This document shows positions 9,504-18,196 of a DNA stretch of 64,000 nt, one piece after another. Below the pieces are notes generated by a model. It had not been told where the DNA came from, did not search any database, and worked only from the letters and a program-made list of their open reading frames with translations. Positions within the stretch are counted from its first letter, which is position 1; each line of letters starts with the position of its first letter. A program made the translations under genes and the position numbers. The stretch is taken from the IMG/VR virus record IMGVR_UViG_3300042271_000115, positions 4,173 through 68,172 of that record. One strand, given 5' to 3'. The stretch comes from a virus. Taxonomy: Duplodnaviria; Caudoviricetes.

Positions 9504-9776
9504 TTAATACTCCTCATCAAAATCAATGCCAGAAATTTTGGTAAACACATCATAACCTTTTTTGCCATATTTTTCTGTCACATACTCTCTCATTGACATA
9601 TTGTCTGGTGTTTTAATGAATTTTTCATCAAAGCCAATAACATCAAATCCCAAGAAATTATTTTCCCAATAGTTTTTGGGGTCAACACCAAAGATTTCCA
9701 TAAACTCATTTCTGTATCTCTTTAGACGGTTTATGTTTTCTATGAAAATATCATTAAGATTATTATTTGTGCTCAT
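9504..9776 (-). CDS. Early hypothetical protein, 90 aa
   Basis: AAGGAGAGG RBS; coding-like composition. Confidence 0.6.
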   Translation of the reverse strand: MSTNNNLNDIFIENINRLKRYRNEFMEIFGVDPKNYWENNFLGFDVIGFDEKFIKTPDNMSMREYVTEKYGKKGYDVFTKISGIDFDEEY

Positions 9777-9818
9777 AATTATAACCTCTCCTTAAGTTAA
9801 TGGATCAGATGTAAAAAA

Positions 9819-9881
9819 TGAGCAAGTCTTACGCGGGATATGCGTCGGCGATGACATAAACAAAAGGCCGCTGCTTGCTCA
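9819..9881 (-). ncRNA. Candidate structured RNA (three-way junction) in the leader of the 9776 ORF
   Basis: Nested complementary pairs tgagcaag/cttgctca, acgc/gcgt and cggc/gccg; GC-rich island in an AT-rich intergenic gap; U-run after it on the minus strand. Confidence 0.3.
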
Positions 9882-9909
9882 ATCAGTTATTTCTCTATAA
9901 AAGTAAAAA

Positions 9910-9927
9910 AAGGGGACAAAGCCCCTT
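9910..9927 (-). terminator. Intrinsic terminator
   Basis: aagggg/cccctt stem directly after the 9926 stop, followed by a T-run on the minus strand. Confidence 0.6.
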
Positions 9928-10162
9928 ATTTGGTATGAGTCGTAGGAAGATCAATTCCTAACCCCTTGCAGAAGTCTATGAATGTTAAGCTAGGTGCATG
10001 TACCTTAACCTTATCATAAGCAATAGATGCTGCAGTTAGAGCAGATGCTAACTCTTCTGCCTTCTTAGCAGGGGATTTTTCTATAGCACCTACTAATTGC
10101 TTGTTCAGTGCAGTATTGATTTCTCTAGAATCAAGGTATGATAGTAATTGGATATAGTCCAT
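9926..10162 (-). CDS. Early hypothetical protein, 78 aa
   Basis: AAGGAG RBS; terminator downstream. Confidence 0.6.
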   Translation of the reverse strand: MDYIQLLSYLDSREINTALNKQLVGAIEKSPAKKAEELASALTAASIAYDKVKVHAPSLTFIDFCKGLGIDLPTTHTK

Positions 10163-10204
10163 GGTTTCTCCTTATATAGTTATTAATAATTTAGAATATA
10201 GATA

Positions 10205-10224
10205 GGGGAGTGATTAGACTCCCC
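10205..10224. terminator. Stem-loop ggggagt/actcccc
   Basis: 7-bp perfect stem just after the stop of the 10231-10383 ORF. Confidence 0.4.
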
Positions 10225-10230
10225 GTGTGA

Positions 10231-10383
10231 TTACTGAGTGTGTTTAACTACTACATTGAACGAGTGTAAGTTGTTAATTCTTGTAGTTATAAATGTTATG
10301 AATTGTAAGAGCTCGTCTTTGTCTACTGAGAAAATGTCTGAGTCGATTTCTGCGTTGTAGTAAATAGTTACTTCATAGTACAT
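10231..10383 (-). CDS. First leftward early gene, 50 aa (below the track cutoff)
   Basis: Manual translation MYYEVTIYYNAEIDSDIFSVDKDELLQFITF...; AAAGGAG RBS. Confidence 0.55.
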   Translation of the reverse strand: MYYEVTIYYNAEIDSDIFSVDKDELLQFITFITTRINNLHSFNVVVKHTQ

Positions 10384-10851
10384 GATAAACTCCTTTAGGA
10401 TTTATTAGTTAAGATTAATTAATAACAATAATCTACATAGGGCCTTTAAGCATGCTTATTTAGCATGCCATTTGACCCAGTATATAGATATACACATAGG
10501 GTAAGTTATAGGGAGAGTCCCCCTCTTCAGATTTTTGATACCCCTCTTAAGGCTGTCTCTGTAGATTTTGATAGTGGTCTTAAGGCTGTTAGAATTGCTC
10601 AGAAGGGGTCTAATATCTCTTCTGTGAGCTTATCTATGTTGAGGTAGTATAGTTTATAGTGTTTGTAGAGAAAGTGTCTCTATGAGCTTCTTATGAGCTC
10701 TAGATAATATTAGGGCTTAGTATAGGGCTATGGGGGGGGGGCTATAGGGGGGGTATAGATATTAGTATAGTTACTAATATAGTTACTAGTATAGATTAAT
10801 ATATTACTAATAGATATACTAGTATAGATTAATATATTCTCTAGTATAATA

Positions 10852-10870
10852 GGCGATACGTAGTATCGCC
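10852..10870 (+). other. Perfect hairpin GGCGATAC-GTA-GTATCGCC (C-GTA-G triloop on the + strand)
   Basis: 8-bp stem and 3-nt loop read directly from the sequence. Confidence 0.9.
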
Positions 10871-10947
10871 GTATATATATATATATTAATATATAGAGAT
10901 TAGTATAAGAGTAATAGATAGATTAGTAGATAGATTATATATATAAC

Positions 10948-10966
10948 AGCCGTACTACGTACGGCT
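10948..10966 (-). other. Perfect hairpin AGCCGTAC-GTA-GTACGGCT (C-GTA-G triloop on the minus strand)
   Basis: The + strand reads agccgtac-tac-gtacggct; 8-bp stem, 3-nt loop. Confidence 0.9.
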
Positions 10967-11106
10967 TATATACTAAAGAATATATTAGAATATTAGTTAA
11001 TAATAGACTAATAGATATACTAGTAGACTACTAATAAAGTATTAATATAACTGTCTTAGACAGTATAGACACACTATGGTCTTAAGAGGATAGTATAAAA
11101 ATATGC

Positions 11107-11134
11107 TTGACAAGTTTATCTCTGTAATTATCTT
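11107..11134 (+). promoter_or_regulatory. Putative sigma70-type promoter for the morphogenesis operon
   Basis: TTGACA-16 nt-TATCTT, upstream of the GAGG RBS and the ATG at 11162. Confidence 0.55.
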
Positions 11135-11161
11135 GTAGATAGAAAGATTAGTGAGGTAGTT

Positions 11162-11887
11162 ATGAACCTTAGTAAAGATGAACTTATTAGCAAACGTAAT
11201 GCAATACAAGAAATTATTAATAGATCATATCGAAACGGCGGTGGCACGTATGCTGGAGCAGCCAAAATCTATGATGGAGACTTTAATGAACTAGTTAAAG
11301 AAAGAAACAAACTTGACTCACAAATAAAACTTGCTCACAGCCCTCAAGCATCTTTATCTCTAACTCCTACACAATCAACTGAAACGACTCCTTCTGAGAT
11401 AACACCTGTCCCCAATCAACCATCTGATGTACAAAGTAGAATTGATAAACTTAGCCCAGAAGATAAAGCTCTTTTTAATAAGTTCGCTGTTAACTACCTT
11501 GAAGATAAAGATGACATAGTGAATAGAATGACAAGAGCTGTCGTTAATCACTATCCACAAGTATTCCCTGATCTTTACCATGTATATTCAACACTATATA
11601 CAAATAACTCTACAGTCCCGAATATAGAGAATGCATCACAATTGCCAGTCTCTGAACAAGAATCACCTATAACTGCTCCACAAGCTGTGGCTAATCCAGC
11701 TCAAAGTAAAGACCCAATCAGTGCCCCCGCAGACACACTAAGCTCTCCAGCTAGTCTAGTTAAAGCTGTTGTAGCAAATAAAGCGAGTCAGCCCACTAAA
11801 CCCAAAGGCATACTTGGAACTATTAACGGCCGGTTCTCTGGCTCACCCAACACAAGGAATCCTTTGTTTGCACCTTGGGCAAGATAA
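11162..11887 (+). CDS. Hypothetical protein with long Pro/Ser/Gln/Ala-rich linkers
   Basis: First ORF after the promoter; RBS present. Confidence 0.6.
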   Translation: MNLSKDELISKRNAIQEIINRSYRNGGGTYAGAAKIYDGDFNELVKERNKLDSQIKLAHSPQASLSLTPTQSTETTPSEITPVPNQPSDVQSRIDKLSPEDKALFNKFAVNYLEDKDDIVNRMTRAVVNHYPQVFPDLYHVYSTLYTNNSTVPNIENASQLPVSEQESPITAPQAVANPAQSKDPISAPADTLSSPASLVKAVVANKASQPTKPKGILGTINGRFSGSPNTRNPLFAPWAR

Positions 11888-11910
11888 CACACTAATGCAA
11901 GGAGAATAGA

Positions 11911-12231
11911 ATGAAAATTATACCAGAGTCAGTAAGCCCACACTATACTTTGATTGAACGTAAAGTAATACAGATTAAGACAAACCTTCACATCCCAGAA
12001 CAAAAACTTACTAAATACTCTACTGGGCAGGCTCTTAACGGTGAACATAAAGATAAGATTGTTCTCTATATGTCCTATGACCAAGTAGAAATTGATTCTT
12101 TTGACAAGAAATATATTCTTGTTCCTACTCATCATGTTGTCTGTGAAGTAGAGCCAGAAGAGCATGAAGAAGTATCTGACCCATTTAATCTGCCCAAAAA
12201 GAGCGAACCTTGGCACAACCTAAACGTGTAA
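11911..12231 (+). CDS. GroES/Cpn10-like co-chaperonin
   Basis: Follows the GroES pattern: MKIIP...TLIER...KTNLHIPEQ...G...KIVLYMSYDQVEID..DKKYILV...VVCEVE. Confidence 0.6.
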   Translation: MKIIPESVSPHYTLIERKVIQIKTNLHIPEQKLTKYSTGQALNGEHKDKIVLYMSYDQVEIDSFDKKYILVPTHHVVCEVEPEEHEEVSDPFNLPKKSEPWHNLNV

Positions 12232-12237
12232 ATAGCT

Positions 12238-12981
12238 ATGATGATAGTAGAGATACTCTACAGAGGCATACCTCAACAGTGTGTTCTCTACGATATCTGG
12301 GATATACCAGAAGAACAGATTGCTCTGCCACACACAGTTCTGACAGAAGATGTAGGTAAATATGCACTATACACAGACGGTTCAAGGATGCTCGCAAAGA
12401 TTGTTCACAAACGAGGGATATACTTTAATACCCTTTGCGGACTCTTCCACAAGTACGACTATGTACACATTTGCAGACCCAAACCACGCATGTCAGCATA
12501 CTCAGGTCTGCTATTTCACCACGAACACGTCAAACTTAGAAGACCAAACCTTAAAGAAAGACAAACAACAGAAGCGTTCCTTGCAAAGAAACTCCCAAGT
12601 AATAAAAGACTCTCAAAGAGGTGTATCTTGCTAGTACTTCAACGACTCCAAGAACACATGAATAAGAAGCAAATCAATGAAGAATGGATTATTGATAAGC
12701 TTAAGAAAGAAGCAGAGAACTCTCGCAATAGAGGAGCAGATAGATTAACAGCTATTACAATGCTTGGGCGTATAGGTGGCATAGAAATGGGAGTTGCAAC
12801 AACCAATAAAAGCAAGTCTCCTGCACTATTTGCCCAGTTTAACAACTATACTATACAAGATAAACGTAGAAAGAACGCACAAGATACTATTGATTTACCC
12901 ACAAGAAAGGATCTTGAGTCTGCTATTGACGTTCTCCCAGAGATAGAAGACGCAGAAATCATCGAGTGCGAACCATTATGA
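12238..12981 (+). CDS. Probable terminase small subunit
   Basis: Directly upstream of and overlapping TerL; ADRLTAITMLGRIGG resembles the TerS oligomerisation helix. Confidence 0.55.
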   Translation: MMIVEILYRGIPQQCVLYDIWDIPEEQIALPHTVLTEDVGKYALYTDGSRMLAKIVHKRGIYFNTLCGLFHKYDYVHICRPKPRMSAYSGLLFHHEHVKLRRPNLKERQTTEAFLAKKLPSNKRLSKRCILLVLQRLQEHMNKKQINEEWIIDKLKKEAENSRNRGADRLTAITMLGRIGGIEMGVATTNKSKSPALFAQFNNYTIQDKRRKNAQDTIDLPTRKDLESAIDVLPEIEDAEIIECEPL

Positions 12982-14492
12982 TTGATATAACAGATATAGA
13001 TCAGGCTCAAAGACTATATCAAGCTCTGTCAAAGGACTCTGCTCTCTTTGCTAAAGAGATTATGGGACATATTGTTACTCGTATCCCTGATTTCCATAGA
13101 GAAGCCTATGAAGCAATAGACAAAAACTACCAATATCTTGCCTTCGTATGGGGCAGAGGTCTAGCAAAATCAACTATATCTCACACTATACAAGTAACTA
13201 AAGACATTTGCCACGCCTCAGAGCCCTATACTATCCTTATCTCTGAGACTATAGATCAGGCTTCTGCTGACTTAATCTCTGTACAAGATGAAATAATCAA
13301 TAACGAGCTTATACATCAGCTCTATGGAGACCTAAAGGGAGAGATTTGGAACGTTCAAAGTATGGAACTTGCCAACGGCTGCTATGTAAAGTGCCTCGGC
13401 TATGGCTCTAGGGTACGTGGAGCTAAGTGGAAGAACTCAAGACCCACCAAGATTATCCTTGATGACTTTGAATCAGAGCAAAATTCCGCTACCCCAGACC
13501 AAAGAGAAGAGGTGCAGCGCTGGATTAACGCAAGAGTTATGCCGGCAACAGAGGTTAGTTCATCTAAATATCAGTTCTGGGGAACGATAGTGCACCCAGA
13601 CGCCTTTCTTGCAAGAGCGAAGAACCTGTCTTTCTTTAAACATCCCTATGGACACTACCAGGAAGTACCAATAGAGCGTAATGGCAAGCCAGTATGGCCA
13701 GAAAGATACCCAATGTCATGGATAGAGTTCACCAGAAAGAGATATGAAGAGACAAGACAGCTCTCTTTGTTCCTTCAAGAGTACTATAACATACCCTCTT
13801 TAACTGGTAAACCAAGATTTAATCCAGATATGATTACCGAAATCGATGGAGTCTTCCAAAGAGAGGGCATAACTACGTGGATAAAGCACGCAAACGGAAC
13901 TAAAACCCCAGTATACGTCTTTATCGGAGTTGATCCCGCCTCTTCTCTTGCAGAAACTGCAGATAATACTATTATGACAGTTATTGGAGTCCTCCCAAGC
14001 CTCGGAGCAAAGAAATATATCATTCTTGATATGTTTGCAGACAAGCTAACTCCAACTGGACAGCGTGATAAGCTGTTTGAGCTAGTATATACCTATAGTC
14101 CCAAGATGGCCACCATAGAAACACAGGGATATCAAGGGGCACTAGAGGATATGTGCAGAGAAAAGATGCGTGAGAAAGGATTATACTTTGCAATTAATAG
14201 CTTTAAGTCTAATAAATCTAAGTCAAACAAGTGGTTGCTTGGTCTTGAGCCAGTAATTAATTCTGGTGATATATCAAGACTGTCTGGTCTTAAGCATTGG
14301 CAACTTCTACAGAATGAATTAGTATGCTATAATGAGAACGCGAGAGCTCATGATGACACTATAGACGGATTATTCCTCGCGCTTCAAGGATCGTATGCTC
14401 CACAAAATTATGACGTTGACGAAATGATAACTAAGCTCAGACATAGAGCAGATACTAAAACTAAACGTAAAAGAACATGGTTTACAACCTGA
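12966..14492 (+). CDS. terL: Terminase large subunit
   Basis: WGRGLAKST (Walker A), IILDDFE (Walker B), FIGVDPA and HDDTIDGL (RNase H-like nuclease). Confidence 0.95.
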   Translation: MRTIMIDITDIDQAQRLYQALSKDSALFAKEIMGHIVTRIPDFHREAYEAIDKNYQYLAFVWGRGLAKSTISHTIQVTKDICHASEPYTILISETIDQASADLISVQDEIINNELIHQLYGDLKGEIWNVQSMELANGCYVKCLGYGSRVRGAKWKNSRPTKIILDDFESEQNSATPDQREEVQRWINARVMPATEVSSSKYQFWGTIVHPDAFLARAKNLSFFKHPYGHYQEVPIERNGKPVWPERYPMSWIEFTRKRYEETRQLSLFLQEYYNIPSLTGKPRFNPDMITEIDGVFQREGITTWIKHANGTKTPVYVFIGVDPASSLAETADNTIMTVIGVLPSLGAKKYIILDMFADKLTPTGQRDKLFELVYTYSPKMATIETQGYQGALEDMCREKMREKGLYFAINSFKSNKSKSNKWLLGLEPVINSGDISRLSGLKHWQLLQNELVCYNENARAHDDTIDGLFLALQGSYAPQNYDVDEMITKLRHRADTKTKRKRTWFTT

Positions 14493-14501
14493 GGAATAAT
14501 A

Positions 14502-14849
14502 ATGAAAGCAACTAGTGGAACCCAAATTAGCCATCTCCCTCCTGATGGAAGAGGTGGGTCTATCCCTATATTCCCTGCAGACACAGAGAGAACACAAACA
14601 ATAACGTTAACCGATGCTAATGTTGTTGAGAGCTCTGTGTTTTCCAGCACTAAAAGTAAAATTGTAAGAGTTGTTGTAGTTGATGCTATGGCATTTATCG
14701 GCACAGAAAGCGAAACACTTAAGGAAACTGCGACTGCGTCAATGCCTGTGTTGCAAGATTCAACCATAGAAATCCCTGTTCCGGCTGGCGGTATCATAAC
14801 TGTAAGAGGGGAGGGCGCAACAGTATATCTTACCCCATCTTTGGACTAA
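14502..14849 (+). CDS. Small beta-rich virion or hypothetical protein
   Basis: ORF with RBS in the operon. Confidence 0.55.
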   Translation: MKATSGTQISHLPPDGRGGSIPIFPADTERTQTITLTDANVVESSVFSSTKSKIVRVVVVDAMAFIGTESETLKETATASMPVLQDSTIEIPVPAGGIITVRGEGATVYLTPSLD

Positions 14850-14862
14850 AGGAATAAATAAA

Positions 14863-15942
14863 ATGAGACATATTAGTTATACAAATACAAGCGGTTCCGC
14901 TCTTGATTGTAGAGTCTTGCGTCTTGCAGGCATAAGTGATACGAGTGGAACCGTAATAAAAGAATACCTTAATGTTGCAGATGAAGAGAGCTTCATCTAT
15001 ACCCCATCTCTTTCTGGGCTTTATTCTGTCGCTACAAAAGCAGAAGGAGTTGCAACAGACTATGTTATCGATGAAGCTTTTGTTCCTGTGTATATAACTG
15101 CAATACGTAATAATTCTGCTTTCCCTATCATAAGCGGCTATTCGCTAAAAGAATTTAGTGACTACTTTAAGCTAAAGCTTCATCTTACTGATAACATGAA
15201 CTCAGGTGTTCAGTTTCAAAACTTTACATTTGAGATTCTCTACTCCTATGTTGATGGAGAAGGTGATGATTATAATGCAGCTGTCCCAGAATTTACTTCA
15301 GCACTATCACCTATAATCCATGGTGCTAAAGAACATAGCAGTGGTGGAAGATACTCTTATCCTGTAATGATGATTAGAGAAAGTGAATATACTACAGATC
15401 ATAACAAGATAGCAGCCTCAGACTTCTATTCTTACCAGCATAAAGCTATGTTCATTGGTGACACTATCATGATCCCCAAGATTAATGGTCAAGCTGAAGT
15501 TGGTAGATACCTTATATTTTCTATTAGACGCAGACCACTTAATAGGTCAATTACTGAGACAAGTGTTATTTCTCAGTGCTTCTCAGCACCAGTTACTATA
15601 GAGACTTCTTATAATAAAATTGCTGCGTTACAAACAGCCATAGCCCCAGAGACTCCCACCATCATTGACCTATTCAAAGATGATAGGGATTACGTTATTG
15701 AAGATGGGAAGAACTCGATTGTTGTCCTGATCGATAATAACGACGTAAACCCTTATCGTATTGTTCTGCCTGTTGCTATTGTAGGGCTGAGGGTGACAAT
15801 AATCAACCAAGACAATGCGGATGTGGATATCCTTCCTGCAAGTGGCGAGTACATAAACGGCTCCGTCAACAGCACTCCAGTGACCAAACTAACCAGCGCA
15901 ACCTTCTACTGTTATTATCGCGGTAATTGGGCGATAATATAA
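14863..15942 (+). CDS. Putative virion/fibre-associated protein
   Basis: C-terminal IVLP..IVGLRVTIINQD...DILPASGEYING module of a type often seen in phage fibre proteins. Confidence 0.45.
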   Translation: MRHISYTNTSGSALDCRVLRLAGISDTSGTVIKEYLNVADEESFIYTPSLSGLYSVATKAEGVATDYVIDEAFVPVYITAIRNNSAFPIISGYSLKEFSDYFKLKLHLTDNMNSGVQFQNFTFEILYSYVDGEGDDYNAAVPEFTSALSPIIHGAKEHSSGGRYSYPVMMIRESEYTTDHNKIAASDFYSYQHKAMFIGDTIMIPKINGQAEVGRYLIFSIRRRPLNRSITETSVISQCFSAPVTIETSYNKIAALQTAIAPETPTIIDLFKDDRDYVIEDGKNSIVVLIDNNDVNPYRIVLPVAIVGLRVTIINQDNADVDILPASGEYINGSVNSTPVTKLTSATFYCYYRGNWAII

Positions 15943-15964
15943 TGCGGGTTCGCAGAGGTATATA

Positions 15965-16450
15965 ATGTCAGAAGATCATGTCACAAAAGCAGAAATGAAA
16001 GCAGAGGTGAGCTCTGCGATAAGCGAAATGAGGAAAGAAATGGCAGAAGGCTTTGGCAAAATAGAGAAGCAACTTGATTCGATTATACATAGCATTGAAG
16101 TGAACCAACATACTGACCTTGAGCGTTACGATGCCAGATATCTTTTGCGTGAGGATGATGTTGCTGACTCCATAGAGCGGCTAAACAACCCACGAGTAAG
16201 GGGAACGATATATCCAATTATAAGCGAATACCTTGATAGCATTGATGGAATAGCCAAGTTCAACTGTTGCTGTGACCGCTATTTCTCTATGAAGCGTGAC
16301 TCAACCAGCAAATGGATATCGTTCATTAAAACCATGGGAGCCATTGCTCTTGCAGCTGCCATGCTATATGGCGGCAACTCTGTCTATCAGAGCAATGTAT
16401 CAACACAACAAAAACTAATAGACTCAATAGAGAGACTACAAGGAGACTAA
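15965..16450 (+). CDS. Coiled-coil protein with a C-terminal TM helix (lysis-associated?)
   Basis: Hydrophobic FIKTMGAIALAAAMLYGG segment. Confidence 0.45.
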   Translation: MSEDHVTKAEMKAEVSSAISEMRKEMAEGFGKIEKQLDSIIHSIEVNQHTDLERYDARYLLREDDVADSIERLNNPRVRGTIYPIISEYLDSIDGIAKFNCCCDRYFSMKRDSTSKWISFIKTMGAIALAAAMLYGGNSVYQSNVSTQQKLIDSIERLQGD

Positions 16451-16452
16451 TC

Positions 16453-16866
16453 ATGTTTGACGCAATTCTTAGTAATATAGACAAAATGCAGGCTATAATC
16501 GTAGCCGTATCCGCTCTTATCGGCGCAATCGTGACATTGGTGATCACGGGCATCCGTGAATACAAACGCATACGCAAAGAGATCGCAGCAGAAGAGTTCA
16601 AAGAGATCGCCGCACCGTTCAGCAAGATTGCCGAAACTGAACCCATGAAGGTGCTGGCAAATTTGATTAAGCCGCCCGTAGACGATTTGCCTACCATCGC
16701 CAACAGTAATGAGGGCAAGGCACTAATCGTTGGTCAAGCTGCGATTGAGAAAGCGCAGAAAGAGAAGCCGAGCATACTGAAACAGCTTGGCATCAATAGC
16801 GCAGCCGATGCCGTTCCTCTGGTGTCGAGCCTGTATAAGCTCATCAAACCACTGGTGAAGAAATGA
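16453..16866 (+). CDS. Holin-like membrane protein
   Basis: N-terminal TM helix AIIVAVSALIGAIVTLVITG and a charged C-terminus. Confidence 0.4.
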   Translation: MFDAILSNIDKMQAIIVAVSALIGAIVTLVITGIREYKRIRKEIAAEEFKEIAAPFSKIAETEPMKVLANLIKPPVDDLPTIANSNEGKALIVGQAAIEKAQKEKPSILKQLGINSAADAVPLVSSLYKLIKPLVKK

Positions 16867-17681
16867 GCGGTCTCGGCTTAGGTCTCGGTCTCGGTCTCGG
16901 CACGCATCGGAAGGTGGGAACGAAACTTGATCCTGCTACTGTGGCGTATATCAAGCGGGTGGAAGCTGATGGCGGCAATGTTATCAACAGAGCACTCACC
17001 GATTCCATTATCAAAGCCATTAAGGATGATGGTGCTTGGGACTATGTCCATTCCATATACACATCTATCAGTGGGATTAAACTAGATGGGAGTAATTATG
17101 TGACCAAGCTGTATGATGTGATGGGGGCAACAAATGATTTGACGAGCGTAGGAACAACGAATAAGCCACAACATGACGTAGATGACAGGCGCATCAATGG
17201 ATTGCCTGCCATTACGTTTGTTTCAGCAAGCTCGCAATATCTTAGAGGATCTGTATCAAGCAATGACAATAACGGGATAATAATTTCGGTGCAAAGAACG
17301 GCAAAAGTCGCTCGCCAAGCTATATCGGGTGGATATATTGACGGCTCATTTTACGGAGAAGCGAGTAGTGGCAAACTAATTACTGGGCCAGCTTCCGGCG
17401 GCAACGCTTCGGCTGAGCAATTTGAGCCTGGATTGAGATTGACATCGCTAACGAAAATAGCATCAAAGAATTATATATTCACATCAAATGGCGTTACTCT
17501 TGGTCAATCCATCGATGGCGATTGGCGAGCTGCGTATATACTTACTTTAGGGGCAACCATCGCTTCAAATGTGACACTATTTTTTGAGGGGGAAATTGCT
17601 GCCCACATAACATTGACATCTGCTTCTGCCAGCATTGCGGGCACCCTATCAAAACTAAATGAAATCTTCGCAATATATTGA
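16863..17681 (+). CDS. LamG/ConA-like lectin-fold virion protein
   Basis: MSGLGLGLGLG start; INGLPAITF...QYL; FFEGEIAAH, a LamG-like ending. Confidence 0.55.
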   Translation: MSGLGLGLGLGLGTHRKVGTKLDPATVAYIKRVEADGGNVINRALTDSIIKAIKDDGAWDYVHSIYTSISGIKLDGSNYVTKLYDVMGATNDLTSVGTTNKPQHDVDDRRINGLPAITFVSASSQYLRGSVSSNDNNGIIISVQRTAKVARQAISGGYIDGSFYGEASSGKLITGPASGGNASAEQFEPGLRLTSLTKIASKNYIFTSNGVTLGQSIDGDWRAAYILTLGATIASNVTLFFEGEIAAHITLTSASASIAGTLSKLNEIFAIY

Positions 17682-17913
17682 GGTTAATATGTATGCACTT
17701 TTTGAAACGCAAGAATTGGCCACACAAAAACTGAACGAAATAGAGTTCAATTATCCAAACCATAGTGGCGATGAGTATTATGCACTGAGGCCTATTAGAA
17801 TGGATGTTAACGGCAAATACTACCTCCCTATACATCCAGATTACATGGCGTATTTTGCTGGCTGCACAATCGTAGAATCAGTGAAACCACAGGAGGTGGA
17901 AGATGTTGACTAA
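17659..17913 (+). CDS. Small hypothetical protein
   Basis: Overlapping ORF in the operon. Confidence 0.55.
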   Translation: MKSSQYIEVNMYALFETQELATQKLNEIEFNYPNHSGDEYYALRPIRMDVNGKYYLPIHPDYMAYFAGCTIVESVKPQEVEDVD

Positions 17914-18196
17914 CACATGGAAACACTTTGGCATCATGCTGATAATCGGTTTACTGGTATGGGCTTTTGCATATTTCGGTAATGCTCAGGGGATGGGATA
18001 CTTCCCCAATATCGCGGCTGTGATAGTCACGATATATGTGGAGTATCGGCAATGGTCACGCAGTGGAAAGCCGTTTACGGCGTTGCTCAAACAGCGTGGG
18101 CTGGATAGTTTAATTGACATCCTTGCTGGCAATGCTGGCTTCTGGCTTGGCTATAATCTAATGCTGAGATTGACCGCTGGCGGATGGATAGTATGA
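17903..18196 (+). CDS. Multi-TM membrane protein, holin candidate
   Basis: Two to three hydrophobic helices, directly upstream of the putative endolysin. Confidence 0.5.
   Translation: MLTNTWKHFGIMLIIGLLVWAFAYFGNAQGMGYFPNIAAVIVTIYVEYRQWSRSGKPFTALLKQRGLDSLIDILAGNAGFWLGYNLMLRLTAGGWIV

Larger units (their letters stand above)
10384..11161. promoter_or_regulatory. Divergent non-coding control region (candidate origin, terminus or promoter hub)
   Basis: Coding strand switches here; contains G-runs, TA-rich low-complexity DNA, direct repeats (10529-10556/10563-10589; 10785-10805/10818-10838) and two perfect hairpins. Confidence 0.7.

Noticed and set aside
9819-9881. Hammerhead ribozyme
   Set aside because: A three-way junction is present, but the CUGANGA and GAAA cores are absent on both strands. 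Kept only as an unclassified structure.
10465-10647. 60-aa + strand ORF in the control region
   Set aside because: No RBS, it overlaps the DNA repeats, and its translation is not protein-like. Probably non-coding.
10384-11161. CRISPR mini-array or tRNA in the long intergenic region
   Set aside because: The repeats occur only twice, without unique spacers of regular length, and I could see no cloverleaf or T-loop motif.
12966-14492. Intron or intein in the terminase (or in DnaB)
   Set aside because: Both are of normal length with contiguous motifs, and no intein C...HN signature was seen.
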